Shown here one piece after another: positions 12,495 to 27,200 of a stretch of DNA of 64,000 nt (position 1 is its first letter; the number at the start of each line of letters is the position of its first letter). Below the pieces are notes generated by a model, which saw only the letters and a program-made list of their open reading frames with translations, ran no database searches and was not told where the DNA came from. This stretch comes from Antedon mediterranea (lineage: Eukaryota > Animalia > Echinodermata): the NCBI RefSeq assembly GCF_964355755.1, contig NC_092670.1, positions 18,586,795 through 18,650,794 on the forward strand, given 5' to 3'. Both the position numbers and the translations under genes were made by a program.

Positions 12495-15400
12495 ATGCAG
12501 AACTCTGACACTGTTGTTGAATCAACTGAAGACGAAGTTAATCGCTTAATTGAATATACCTGTGCAGAACCTGAAGATGATGGTTTAGATAAAGATGTGC
12601 AAATTATTAAAGGTATAAACTAATAATATAATAAAGGAATTCTATATTAATATTAAATTAATTAAAATAAATTCAATTCTACTGTGGACTGCTGTCATAG
12701 CCTGTGATTGTGTATAGCGAATACAGTTAAGATTTTCTGAATGTTTCATCAAAAAAAAAATTGTCTAATTAAAAAACAAATTTTTAGTAAATATTGCTGT
12801 TCTGACATAGAGAAGTGGAAATAAAGGTGCCCTCACACAGAACAACATGAGTATCGATCATGCGGTTTGAGGGGATATTACAGAATATACACATTTTGAG
12901 TTAATGCTATTATAATGCTTATTATTATGCTTTTGTCATTTCAGACAGTCTGATTTCAAAAATTGAAAGTGCTGATCCAGAATTAAATCAGTAGGTTTTT
13001 TATTTTTAACAGTTTTAAAATCCTACCATAAGTAAAATAATGTATTGTCCTTGCTTGTGGCTCATTAACCATGGTGGAAAACATATTCACAAATTTATTT
13101 CCACATTTCCTATAACCTGTGTATTTGCATTATTCAGGAATGATGGAGTAGTCCCAGAGACTGAATCTGATGTGGTTTTTACTGTTGCTGAATCCGGCTC
13201 ACAGCGTGGATGTCGTCTTCTCTTGGACAGCAGAGGTTATTCATACACAGTTAAAGTATGCACTTCTTGTTCATGGTACATATAAAGGCCTCAGGGGAGG
13301 ATCCAAAGTGGGTGCCCAGGCCCCCAGCCCCCACCTAAATTTTGCAAATTGTAATGCAAAAGATAGGACATCCAATTAAGCTCAGCCCTTCATTTTACAA
13401 TTTTTAGGACCTGGGCTGCCTATTTCAATATTCTGAAAACACCACTAGGCTTGCCCGACTTTGGCTACACTGGTATGGTGCAACCAGTTTCAAGGAGATA
13501 TAGTTCTTAACTAGAGTGTTAACACCATTCAGGAATTAATCTATGTAACTTATACAATTTTAAATGTTTTATCCGTCATTTTACAAGATTTTAATAGTTT
13601 TCTTGTTTTAACATTCTGCTATTTTTTATTTTACCATTTTTTATAAATATTTCCTCTTTTAACTGAACTCATACTTACAACCTATTTTAGGGTTTTATTG
13701 AGTTCCATTTTTTGTCAGTAATTTTAACTTTTTATTGTATTCATGTTTTTTAAAAAACAAAATAAAGATTGAATTGAAGTGAAAGCCGTTCACTACTACC
13801 AAATGAAAAATGAAATGAAGTTCCTCAATTGAAATGTTCTATTTGTTTTCAGCTTTATGGGAAAACAGGCACTTGGTGGTGGTGCTCAATGCGTAACAGG
13901 ACAAAGCGTTGTCTGGCAACTGTGAAGCAGATGCCAAACGGATTTAGGATAGGCAAGAAAGAACACAGCCATGAGCCTAAACCGAAAACAATATCTAAAG
14001 TTAACATTTATACAGAGGTAATTTGATTGTATTTAATGACGCAGAAACATTTTGATGTTGAAATGATTATTTATTAAATAAATCATCATTCAAATTAAGT
14101 GGCTCATAGCTGGATGGAATAAACTTTAGTAGATTGGGAATGGTTGTTTTATGTATTTTTCTGCTTTTCTCATTGGTGAAAGGACAGAGGGAAGTATGCT
14201 ATTTTTGAAATTAGCCCTGATTTGGATACTTGTGAATTTAACTATAATTATTACTACCATGGGCTTACAACTGAGCTTCTTAATGCTTATTCATTTTTTT
14301 TCTAGATTAAAAGGCTCTCAAAATCACAGATCAATGACACTGCTCGAAACATAGTAGCTCATGTAATACGTAAACATTGTGATTCCCAAACACTACTTGA
14401 GACATTGCCCTCTACAGCAACGCTGATACGACTTGCCAATAGGGCACGGGAAACTCTACGTCCAACTCATCCGAAGAACCTAAATTTCAAGGTAGAATTT
14501 ATTTTTCTCATAAACAAAAGTTTATCGTCTTCGTTTATATTATGGAAGTATGTTTCCATACCAGGGTAATAATATGCAGCGCATTGAGAGCTTGCTTATA
14601 TGCGCTATATAAGGATGAACTGTTATTATGTTATTGTCTAGCAAAGTTACATTAATTGGTAAATATTGATTTTATTCCAAAGATCAATGAAGAATTTATG
14701 CCAGAAGATTTCATTAAGGGTGATATGCACTGTGATGCTGACCACCATATCCTGATGGCCACTACAGACCAACTGTCCATTCTGGCTGATACTAAAATCT
14801 GGTTGGTTGACTGCACCAATAAGGTATAGTTGTGTTATTAAGCTCTGTCTACACTATCAAACTTTATGTGATAACCAAAAGATGAGTGATGTGCCCATAT
14901 ATGGACACGATGCCATACCACCACCATATTGAGACACGTCACACTTTTTTTGTCAAACTAGTTTGATAGTGTAGACAAAGCTTTAGAATTGTGACCATTT
15001 CAAAACATAGTTTCTTACTATCAGCCTTTTGATTTCTGTGCCTCCTCAGGTCTAGGCATGTCCCTAGTACAACTATGAATATTAAAACATAAATAAAAAT
15101 CAATAGGATAGGCCCTGTTTATGTGGTTAATGTTTACTACCATTAAAATCTTTATTCTCTCATGTTTACAGTTTGTTCGTAAACCTTTCACGCATCTTCT
15201 AACAATACAAACATTTATTCGTCTACAACGTGATCTACACACAATTCCATTGGCTTTTGTTTTGATGTCAAATAATCGAATGCGTGATTACAATTCTGTA
15301 AGTATCTATTTGTGCGTTCACAACATACATATTTATATTGATTTCCAACCTTTTGGATAATTAAATAGTTTTTGTATACAGGAACTTTAGCTAGTGAGTA

Positions 15401-18400
15401 ACTAAATATCTTATGGTGAAATGAGAATACAGTAGTAGAACCCCTCATTTGAGACATCTCTATTAAAGGGACACCCTATTAAAGGGACACCTCTATTAAA
15501 GGGACACCCCTATTAAAGGGACACCTCTATTAAAGGGACACCCCTATTAAAGGGACACCTATTAAAGGGACACACCCCTATTAAAGAGACACCCCTATTA
15601 AAGGGACACCCCTATTAAAGGGACACCCCTATTAAAGGGACACCTCTATTAAAGGGACACCTCTATTAAAGGGACACCTCTATTAAAGGGACACCCCTAT
15701 TAAAGGGACACCCCTATTAAAGGGACACCCCTATTAAAGGGACACCTCTATTAAAGGGACACCTCTATTAAAGGGACACCTCTATTAAAGGGACACCTCT
15801 ATTAAAGGGACACCCCTATTAAAGGGACACCCCTATTAAAGGGACACCCCTATTAAAGGGACACCCCTATTAAAGGGACACCCCTATTAAAGGGACACCT
15901 CTATTAAAGGGACACCCCTATTAAAGGGACACCTCTATTAAAGGGACACCCCTATTAAAGGGACACCTCTATTAAAGGGACACCCCTATTAAAGGGACAC
16001 CTCTATTAAAGGGACACCCCTATTAAAGGAACACCCCTATTAAAGGGACACCCCTATTAAAGGGACACCCCTATTAAAGGGACACCCCTATTAAAGGGAC
16101 ACCCCTATTAAAGACACCCTTATTTAGGAGACACCCTTATTTAGGAGACACCCCTATTAAAGGGACACTTTTCTACAGAACTAATGAGAGGAAATACATG
16201 TTTTAACATTATGGCCATTATGACATTATGGTTACACCAGTGTACTAGTTCACACACACACACACTGGACAGACGTAATGGCGCCGTAGTTGGCTGCCGA
16301 TGACACGAGTCCCCGTAATAGAGGTTCTAATGTACTGTACTCTTATATCCTTGTGTATTAAAATACAAAATTAAAAATGTTTTTTATTCTGTACTTTTAT
16401 CTTTTAGGTTTTAGAACTTTTACTTAAGATTCTCCCCCATCGGCATCGTGTCAGAAAATGTATACTTCCTTTAAAGATCCCATTATGGAAGGCGTTTAAA
16501 TCTAATATGCCAAGAACTTCTCTTCAAGGATGCTCTTTCCATTGGATTCAAGAAGTCCAAAAGAAATCGCAGAAAACACTTAACGATGTAAGTGATTGTT
16601 GTAAGACATAATTATATATTGATAATGTCGATGACCCTCCACTGCACCCTGTCTCAGCATAGGACAATCCAAAACCAATTCTGAAATACTAGCTAACTTT
16701 TTTGAGACATAGTATGTGGTCCAGAGGATAGACAAAATAGCTTTTATAGTACAGTTGCCAGAAGGGGTATCGTGCACCCCCGGAAATATTTGTTAATTGA
16801 TGCCACTACACTAAAAAAAATTGCATAGAAATTGATTTTCTATGTTAACACACACACGCATAGAGTTTCCCATTTACCTTTTTTATGAAAATTAGTGCCA
16901 CCTGAGTAACATAGACAATTGTTTTCCACACAATTTTATATAGTCTAGTGGTATCAATTAAAAAAAATATTTATGGTGGGGGTGGGGGGTGATGATACCC
17001 CCTCGGGAGGGAAATTGTACTATTAATGCAAATTATTTTTAATAAAATACTGTAATATAACAATAATAAAATGAATTTTTTTAAGGCAATACAATTACAA
17101 GTATTAGCGTTAGTTTACTTGCCACCTGAAGAAATCAAAGAAGCACTTACAAGGTAAGAAGCAGATATTTTATTTCTTGTTGTTTTTGTCTCAACACTGA
17201 GATGCCTTTTTCACTCGAGCTCCTGTGAATACGGTGCCGACGAGCTCTCATACGGGACCTTCAAAGTGCTAGAGAATGGAGCAGTGTAAAGGGTTCCTTT
17301 GCTTTTCTTCATTTTTTTTATCAACTTTCAATGGATCATTTTTGTGTGTAAATTGCTTAGAAACATTATATTAGGCGCTATAAGACTATCATTATTATTA
17401 AACCTTCAAGGTGCAGAAGGAAAACCAAGTCTTTTTCCAAAGGTTGAGGCTACAGTGCCTTTATTACATACTCTAATTCTTCTTAAAGCTCTGTCTACAA
17501 CTCAAACTAATTTACAAAAAAAGTGTAATGTGCCTAAATATGGCAGTGATATGACATCATCGTATCCATATATGGGTTACATTTTTTGTCACATGAAGTA
17601 TGTACTTAATCATAGCCAGAGATGAAACCTTTCCTACTGGAAACCAACCACGATCATAACTGCACTTTTTATAATGTTGTTTTCAGAATAGAAAAAAATA
17701 CTAAGAAATGTCCAGCTGCACAAAGCCTTATTCAATATGTTCGTAAACAATGGGTTAATCATGCTTATTGGGAACCAAAAGATTGGAGTACGTTTGACGG
17801 AATCTTACGGACAACTGAGGCTGTTGAGGGCTGGCAAGACAAAATGGATAAAGCAGATGGTAGATTTGAAATTGATTTTTCCTTTATTTATTATTACTTT
17901 ATAAACAATCTTCTTGGCAAATTTAATGTTTCAAATTAAAATTCAATTTGGCTGTTGGCTGTATATTTTTAAAACAATCATATCTTTAATATCATTTTGT
18001 AGGTAAACACTTATGCTCTGTCTACACTATCAAACTTTATGTGACAAAAAATGTAATGTGCCCATATATGGACATGATGATGTCATACCACTACCATATT
18101 TGGGCACATCACACTTTTCTTGTCAAATTAGTTTGATAGCGTAGAGAGAGCTTAAAGAATTTCAATCCTTTGATTTGATGATTTAACTTACTACTTCAAA
18201 TGTATTTATTGGATAGAAGTAAGTTGCACAAGTAGTTGCACCACAATCAATCAATTTCTCAAAACATTCACCAAAATCAATATGAGCGAATCACTCTGTT
18301 GGATGCATACCTAATGGACCACTATCTCATTATTATTGTTTTAGAGACTGTTGGGTTGTACAAATTAGTAAATCAACTTCATACAGTATCAATTGATATA

Positions 18401-18800
18401 CCACTACAATGGAAATTGGTATCTGAGGGGAAATTGAATTCCGCACAAAGGTCACAGGTACTGTTTTGCCAGGTTTTTTTTGCATACTTTCTGTATACTA
18501 GTTATTGCAATAGAAAGATAAACAGTATTCTTACTTACGTATTGTTGACTATCCACCTTTCAAAGTTTCTTTCTGTTGTCTTTCCATTCTAATTCTCCTT
18601 CCCTTTCTAACTTCAGCACCCTGTTGCCCAAAAGTTAATACTGTAGCATTTTCAGTTCTTCTAATTATTTTTTTTCACTTTTATAGGACCGTTTTCAGCC
18701 AAACGAGTTATTTAGACTCTGGCGTAAATATTTGAAGAGCAAGATAACTGTAGAAGAACTTTTAGATGGCTGCACGTACCTGGATTATCCATTACCGTGA
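12495..18800 (+). CDS. FLYWCH zinc finger + MULE transposase-domain protein, paralog 1 (domesticated Mutator-like transposase, 12 coding exons)
   Basis: Approximate exons 12495-12612, 12945-12990, 13138-13255, 13853-14017, 14306-14491, 14683-14823, 15172-15297, 16408-16587, 17086-17152, 17687-17859, 18345-18457, 18687-18800, joining in phase without stops. FLYWCH: LLLDSRGYSYTVK..WWCSMRNRTKRCLATV..EHSH. MULE: WLVDCTNK, IPLAFVLMS, QGCSFHWIQ, LALVYLP, YVRKQWV, RTTEAVEGWQ. Confidence 0.88.
15428..16339. repeat. 17-bp minisatellite (ctattaaagggacacc[c/t], about 40 copies) expanded inside a Tc1/mariner-like MITE
   Basis: Array 15459-16168; element ends tacagtagtagaacccctc ... gaggttctaatgtactgta. 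Confidence 0.9.
16745..17025. mobile_element. Non-autonomous inverted-repeat element
   Basis: atagtacagttgcc..ggggtatc..ccccc..aaatatttgttaattgatgccacta mirrors tagtggtatcaattaaaaaaaatattt..ggggg..gatacccc..aaattgtactat. Confidence 0.65.
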
Positions 18801-21246
18801 AAGAAACACGTACCCAAAGGATTTTAGATTATTCTGTATTACCTTTTACATGACATTTGCATACATGACTGTTATGAATGAACATAATACTGAGTTGACA
18901 ATGGATTTACACAAATCTTTTGAAGAATCATCTGTCACTGTTGAAGGGTTTTGTCTTTGTGGGTAAAGAAAAGAATAATCATGTAATCAAATGTATAATA
19001 CTGTACATTCATTATTGAAATAAAACTTTTTAAGCAGCACAAATAAATGTTTATATGATTTATTTTTATGTTTCTTTAGCAAGTTTAAAAAAATATAGTT
19101 TTTAAGTACAAAAATAAAAACAATATTAAATAATATCAAACTGTAAGAAAATACATGATGGATATTATAACAGTGAGATGAGATATATTATAAGTACAGT
19201 ATGGTAAAAGTATGTTATTGTTTTTTTATTTTAGAGAAAAAAAACACGTGTGATGTTTGTTTATGTTTTTTAAGACATGCGCAAAAGTTTATTCTAAAGA
19301 TTGTTATAGCGCCCCCGCGTAGCGTGGAGCTAGCGAGAGAGAGAGCGGCGCTATACACAGTCTTCTTAGGCCTAGTTCTTTTTTATGCATGGTAAGTAAG
19401 GGCAAAGCTAAACAGTTTATATTCACTATTTTTAACGTTTTTATGCCGTTGTAGCTTTTGATACTATTATCAATCTAAACACTATTGAGTCTAGACTGAA
19501 AATAAAGTGTCGAATACAACAAAAGGTATTAAAAAATGGTCATTTTGAACCAATTTTAGTCGATTCGTACTAAAAACCTTAACGGGATTAGCTTTCCCAC
19601 CACGCGCTGCCTGAACAATTTTCGCGGGCGTGGTCGGTTTGTACATACTGCTTGGCATTATTGCACAGACTGACCGGCCACATTGTGTTTTGCCAATTGT
19701 ACAGAGTCGCTTCGCTCCCATCTCGGGTCATTTTGACCTGAGTGATTAACAAATGCAATTGTTAATTAGGCTATTTGTATCAAATGATGTATTTTTAAAT
19801 GACATTTTAGTTTATTATAATAATATTTTAAGTAATAATACAGTATAGCCTAGATAGGCCTAGCCTAGGCCTAACTAGTAAATGAATAGTGCCATACACA
19901 CAGTATAGGCCTAGTAGTAATACAGTAATCCACTACAGTACTAAGGGTCCACTGTTGTAAATATACAGTAGTTGTACTGTGTTGTTGCTGGTGTGTGACC
20001 AAAACAACATTTTCTATGGGACGCCAATACTGTCGCAGCTACATACAAGCCAATACTGTACAGCACCGCCGTACAGTATTCTGAATATTGATTTATTATG
20101 AACTTACAGTAAGCCTATGAAACCAACCAATATGTTTAAAGATGTATTGTCCCTTTGACTAATTCCAAAAAAATTTTTAAAAAAGATTTCGAAAAAAGGT
20201 GGGTCATTTTGAAGTATCATAATAGTTTATATTAACTTTCACAAAAAATTTGTCTAAAAAAAAATAACTTTGACTTCCGGTCAAAGTTTTCTATCAAAAC
20301 ATATCTCATAATGCAACGTGCTTGTTTGGCTACTCTGTATGCATAATCATAAAACGCGATATGTTTTTTGAAAACACCTTCTCAACCGTGACGAGTTGTA
20401 AACAATCCTAATTAGCATACATGAGTAGCATGCATACTAATTTACCTGTTAATTACGTAAACTTGTTGTTTTTGGCTCGAATTTTCAACTTAAAGTGAAT
20501 GACTTTGATATGGCCAATTTAAATTTAGATTACTTTGACCTTCATTTTTTTGTGTTTCAAGGGACAATACATGTTCTTATGAAAATAATGATTATTATAA
20601 TCATTCACCGTTCTAAGCGCAGTATATAGGTTAAAGCAGTACAACAATAACATATAAAAAGATAAATATGGTATGTCAATATTTTCAAGTTAAAATGGGT
20701 AAAAATAGGAACGTACTCTAATTTAATATTTAGTAAAGCTATTTATATTGTTATTTATTAAAATATTAGGTCCATAGTGAATTCAATAAAATATTAAATT
20801 GTGTAATAATATTCAAAAGACTACGAAAATACAATATAGTATTAACATCTTAATATTATGCCAATAAGTTTTTTCATAAGTACATGTTATTCCTTCTGAA
20901 TAATATATTTTGTATATAATAATATTTTTTTTATTTTTTTTTTATACACATCTAAATATATTGTTTATTATAAATTTAATTGTTAAGATCATGTGACTGC
21001 TGACTTTTGAAGTTGTATCTTGTTTACTTTAGCAACTGACCAAATCAAATCTCTGTATGATTTGTTGGTCAAATAAATGAAATATGTACCTTATCACGAA
21101 AGATGCATAATTATGATTTGAATATAATTGTCTGTTTACTGTATGTCTTTATTATTTATTTCTTGTGTTAAATAGCTAAATTTCATGTTGTGTAAAATAC
21201 AGGTTAAGTGTCTTTTTTGATAGGTGGAATTTTGCGGGAATCCAAG

Positions 21247-24200
21247 ATGGAGAAGAATGTATCGGAAGAAGAAGCTGCAGGAGATGTAGAAGCTGAATCC
21301 ACAAATTGTAAAAAAGGTAAGGGGAATCCCCAGTGGCATAATGCTGAGGCCCCTGGTTTAGGAACCTTAAGTTTCCCGTCCAACGCTGGAGGCCTTGGAT
21401 ATATTTAGCCTTTTTCAACATATTCTAATGCCAGTTTTTTCCTCTTGGCCCTGCTCAGTGACCCCCATTAGCCCCTGGGTTTAGCCAGTGAGCGCTCATA
21501 GCCGTTATGCCACTGGGAATCCCTTCATTTACAGTACCCTCTCTAAAAACGATACATTCCTGTTTGGTAAAACTGAACATGGTTCATCATTTTGAAATCT
21601 CCAGCTGGCTGAAATTGTGTATAATGAGAGTTCAAAACCCTAGTTTTAATTTTTACTTTTGCTTTTCATCAAATTGCAGTAAATGATTTTCTTATTTCCA
21701 GAATCAGAAATGTCATTGCCCATGGAGCTAGGCCCTATTGAACAAGATGTACAGATGATTAAAGGTAAGAAAACATGCATCACAGGCCTTTATCTTTTAA
21801 AAATTGCAGGGGTGCTGTTTGTATCTTGATGTGTTGGTGGCCTATAAATCGCACACCATGAAGACATTTTATCAGTGTGTAGGCGAGTGATCGCACTCCC
21901 ACCCCTCAAAAGACCAGGCCTGGCATCAACTACAGAGATCTGTAGGTGGTTTAACATAATTGATTTAAAAGGCCACAATCCATTGCCCAATGCTGTGTTC
22001 AGTTCATGTATACTACCATGAAGACGTTTTCTAATATCTCTATTATACTACACTGGTGACTGAGAGTGGTACATTACTACAGTATATCAGTATTTGCTAT
22101 TGTTTTCAGAACTTCAATCGACTCAAGTAAGAACAATTCAAGAAGAGCTACAGCTTATAAAAGGTAGATAAAGCTCTGTCTACACTATCAAACTAGTTTG
22201 ACAAAAAAGTGTAATGTGCCCAGATATTCGATGGTTGTCATATGACATCATGTCCATATATGGGCACATCACATTTTTTTTGTCACATAAAGTTTGTAAA
22301 GTGTAGACAGAGCTTAACTGTAGATTGTGTAACAAATGATCGTGGTGGTATTAGTAGTAATCAATCAGTCTTGAAATTTAGCTATAAATACAACACTTTA
22401 TTGGGTTGTTCCAACAACAATCTAAAACATAGTCTCTCTATCCTCAACACCCACAAAGTCTCACCCTGAACGCCCTCTATAGAGTGATGTTCACTTATAG
22501 GGTTTCAATTGCACAGCCCAATATGCCTTTTTCCAAACCTAAACTAGCATTACAAAATTGAAGTATAGACCATGTTGTGTTGATCTTTTTGTTAAATATC
22601 TCTGGTTCTAGTAATCCTTGCCAGTTGGCTAGTTCAGATGAGATTGAATGAGACTTAAACTGGGTTAGTTTTAAAGCTCTCATTTACATAATTGTTATGA
22701 TTATATTTTTATATCTTTTTAGAAACTCGGAATGCAGCAATGTCTATCGTTAGGTAAGTTAGTTGATTTTTAGTTGGTAAAAGTATTTTATTTGTGGAAA
22801 GTTACTTTTTGAAAGTTTTATTGTCATTTATTGATAAGTGAAATATATCATTAAATATGTACAAAAAAGAAATTTGATTAAGTCACATTTTGAATAACTA
22901 ACAATTAAAATTTCATTTTTATTTTGAGCCAACCTATCACCATTTTCTTTTCACTGTTGTCCAATACTTGTATCAACTACTGTAGCTATTTTTTGCAACT
23001 TTCTTTTCAGTGAAGACCCTGCAGCCGAAGAAACAGTTTCTCTATCAGATGGAGTAGTAGTCCTACAGTAAGTATTAGTTTTATTTATGAATATTATTAC
23101 AGTCAACTCTTTCAATACCCTTGGTCTGGCCTAATACGTCTGTATCATAGATTCTATAATCGTGTGCGTATATGTTTCTTTACGTCATGACAAGCAAGAA
23201 TTTCTCCAAAAGATTTCAACAAAGATAAAATTTATTTTGTCAATGAACCACATTTTGAACGGTTAATAAAGGCGTATAGAAGTCAAGAGGAATATCCAAC
23301 TCATATTCCAAATATGTTTTGATGGTAAAGAATTTTGGAACTTGTGATTCTGGTTATCAGATAATTCAATTATGAGAGTTAACTGTATAAAATATTTTTA
23401 TTTCTAATTGTTCTTTTGTATAGAAATGACATTGATATGTCTGAGATTGTTGGTCCGGTCTATACGATTGCTGATAATGGAACAAAGCGTGGAGGGCGTC
23501 TGCTTCTGGATAGTAGAGGATTCTCATTTACAGTCAAGGTACAGTATTACTTATTTAAAGCTTGCAAATTGCCTTTCTTGTATTCATACTTCAATTAACA
23601 AGAGTTCTAGTAAGCTTAAAATTATTTTGTACATGCCCCTTACACTTATACAATACTCTGAAGTTTACACACTGGAGTGTCAACACTGGTGTTGCACATA
23701 CCGTACTGTCAACACTGGTGTTGCACATACCAGAGTGTCAACACTGGTGTTACACATACTGGAGTGTCCACACTGGTGTTACACATACCAGAGTGTCAAC
23801 ACTGGTGTTACACATACTGGAGTGTCCACACTGGTGTTACACATACTAGAGTGTCAACACTGGTGTTACACATACCGGAGTGGCAACACTGGTGTTACAC
23901 ATACTAGAGTGTCAACACTGGTGTTACACATACCAGAGGGTCAACACTGGTGTCACACATACTGGAGTGTCAAAACTGGTGTTACACATACTAGAGTTTC
24001 AACACTGGTGTTACACATACCGGAGTGTCAACACTGGTGTCACACATACCGGAGTGTCAACAATGGTGTTACACATACCAGAGTAACAACACTGGTGTTA
24101 TACATATCAGAGTGATAACACTGGTGGTATACATACCGGAGTAACAACACCGGTGTTACACACACACACCAGTGTCAACACTAGTGTTACACATACTTGA

Positions 24201-27200
24201 GTGTCAACACTGGTGTGTTTAAACTCTGGAGTTTGAAGAGGGTAATAATTTAGTTTATTACTGTAAATGTATTCAATGAAGAGTACAGATTGACATACCA
24301 TCATATATTTACTGACAGCTTCAAGGAAAAAATACCACTACCTGGAAATGCAGTGTTCGGAATAAAGTGAACCGTTGTCCTGCTTCCATCAAGCAGACAC
24401 TGGAGGGCTTCAAAGAAGGAAAGCAAAGCCACAATCATGAACCTAAACCAAAATCGATTACTAAAGTTAACATTATAACTGAGGTATGCTTTTTATCAGT
24501 CTAATTTTCTGACCTCTATACATGTTTACAATGATTTCATTTGTTACTACCTAAATTACAGTAGTGTTAGTCTACTAAAGTTAACATTATAACTGAGGCA
24601 TGCTTTTTATCAGTCTAATTTTCTGACCTCTATACATGTATACAATGATTTCATTTGTTACTACCTAAATTACAGTAGTGTTAGTCTACTAAAGTTAACA
24701 TAACAGAGGTATGCTTTTAATTAATTTTCAGACCTCTATAGGCCTACATCTATACAATGATTTCTCTTATTACTTATATTAGTGTTAGCATCTATTAGTA
24801 CTGTATTATACTAATGCGTGGTTCCCACTAGCGACGCAACGCAAGGACGTAACGCAACGCAAGTGAATTGACCAATCACAAGCGATGGCTTATTCGCTTG
24901 TGATTGCTAACTGTCTATAACTTCGCTTGTCATTGGTTAAAACGCTTGCGTTGCGTTTACGTCCTTGCGTTACGTTCTACTGGGAACCAAGCTTTACTTT
25001 GTTATCTCCTGCAACAATCTAATTTAGACGGGAGTAAACACATTATAAACATTTGTTATTCGGTTTTTACAGATCAAAGAGCGTTCAAGGCTAATGATGA
25101 ATGATACTGCTCGCAAGGTAGTTAGGGATGTGGTATCTAAATATTACAATGCAGGAATTGTGGCTGGAGGACTGCCAAGCACTCCAGTGTTAATAAGACT
25201 TGCAAATAGAGCAAGGGCTACGTTACGGCCTAACAATCCAAAGAATTTAAATTTCAAGGTAATTCTTACAAAACAATGTGATGTGCCCGTATATGGACAC
25301 AATGATGTCATATCACACAGAGATTTAGTCCTTATTTTTTTTTCTACCTGTTTCTACCTTATGCATAACACTCACTATATAACATACAGGGTACATAAAT
25401 TAATTCATTAATTTGATTTTATTTTCACTTTTTTAGATAAATGACCATTACATGCCTCAAGACTTTATTAAAGCTGATATACAGTGTGATTCTGACCGCC
25501 ATATCTTAATGGCCTCAAATGACCAACTGTCCATTTTGGCCGATACTAAAATCTGGTTGGTTGACTGCACAAACAAGGTAAGTTGAAGTACAGTATGTGT
25601 AAGATTAGTGGCGTTGTAGCTGGGTGGTTTGCTGCTTGTCTTAAATATACCACAGTCCTCTGTTCAACTCCCAGGCCTCTGCAATATGTTTAATACCACT
25701 CTATTACATTACAAATTTGATTTTTAATTATTTCTTTTTTAGCATTGTCTGGTTCTTGCCTTTCTTACTATTCCTTAAAAATGTGCATATTTTTAAAATT
25801 ATGAATGATAAAATGATTAATTTTAATATGTTTTTTCCTACAGTTTGTGCAACATCCCTTTACACATGTCTTATCAATCCAGACGTATGTGCGCCTGGAA
25901 CTTGAAGTGATTCTAATACCACTTGCTTTTGTTTTGATGTCAAAACATCGCCAACGTGACTATAAAGCGGTGAGTGTAACAAACCAACTGATTTGTTTTG
26001 TTGTAATGTAATTCTAGACAAGTTTGAAATGCAAACTATATTACTGTATTCACTATTTCAATAAAGTTACATTTTATGATGTTGTAAAAATCACTGTAAA
26101 TACACGTTATTATGGTTACCATTATAATACCAAAAAAATGTACGATTGATGGAATAAAGTTACATATACATACTGTTATAGGAACACTTTTTAACCCAAC
26201 TAGTGTCCACTGAATATTATTTAAAGTTACAGTAAAATCACTATTAAAGGGACACGTTTTGAACCCAACTAAGTCTCCCCTGAATATTATTTAAAGTTAC
26301 TGTACAGTAAAACCACAATAAAGGGACACTTTTTGAACCCAACTAAGTCTCCCCTGAATATTATTTAAAGTTGAAGTAGAACCACTATTAAGGGGACACG
26401 TTTTGAACCCAACTAAGTTTTCCCTTAATAGTATTTAAAGTTAAAATAGAACCACTATTAAAGGGACACTTTTTGAACCCAACTAAGTCTCCCCTTAATA
26501 GTATTTAAAGTTAAAATAGAACCACTATTAAAGGGACACGTTTTGAACCCAACTAAGTCTCCCCTGAATAGTATTTAAAGTTAAAATAGAACCACTATTA
26601 AAGGGACACGTTTTGAACCCAACTAAGTCTCCCCTTAATAGTATTTAAAGTTAAAATAGAACCACTATTAAAGGGACACGTTTTGAACCCAACTAAGTCT
26701 CCCCTTAATAGTATTTAAAGTTAAAATAGAACCACTATTAAAGGGACACGTTTTGAACCCAACTAAGTCTCCCCTTAATAGTATTTAAAGTTAAAATAGA
26801 ACCACTATTAAAGGGACACGTTTTGAACCCAACTAAGTCTCCCCTTAATAGTATTTAAAGTTAAAATAGAACCACTATTAAAGGGACACGTTTTGAACCC
26901 AACTAAGTCTCCCCTTAATAGTATTTAAAGTTAAAATAGAACCACTATTAAAGGGACACGTTTTGAACCCAACTAAGTCTCCCCTTAATAGTATTTAAAG
27001 TTAAAGTAGAACCACTATTAAAGGGACACTTTTTGCATCCACAAAGTGTCCCTTAATATTTATTAGTGGCTTTAGTGTTAAGTTGCCCCTTATTTGTGTC
27101 AAGTCTTCGATTTCAATTTGTTTCCACAAACATATAGCAACACAGTTATGATAAAACAAATTCTTCAATTCAATTCACATTTATGTACTCATCGTTTATA

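Noticed and set aside
19575-20455. Possible TTAA-flanked DNA element in the 5' intron of transposase paralog 2
   Set aside because: Only weak terminal similarity (ttaacgggattag versus ctaatttacctgttaa); boundaries and family cannot be supported.
23408-24115. 235-aa and overlapping Cys/His-rich repetitive ORFs
   Set aside because: Translations of the intronic 29-bp minisatellite; only 23424-23538 is a real exon.
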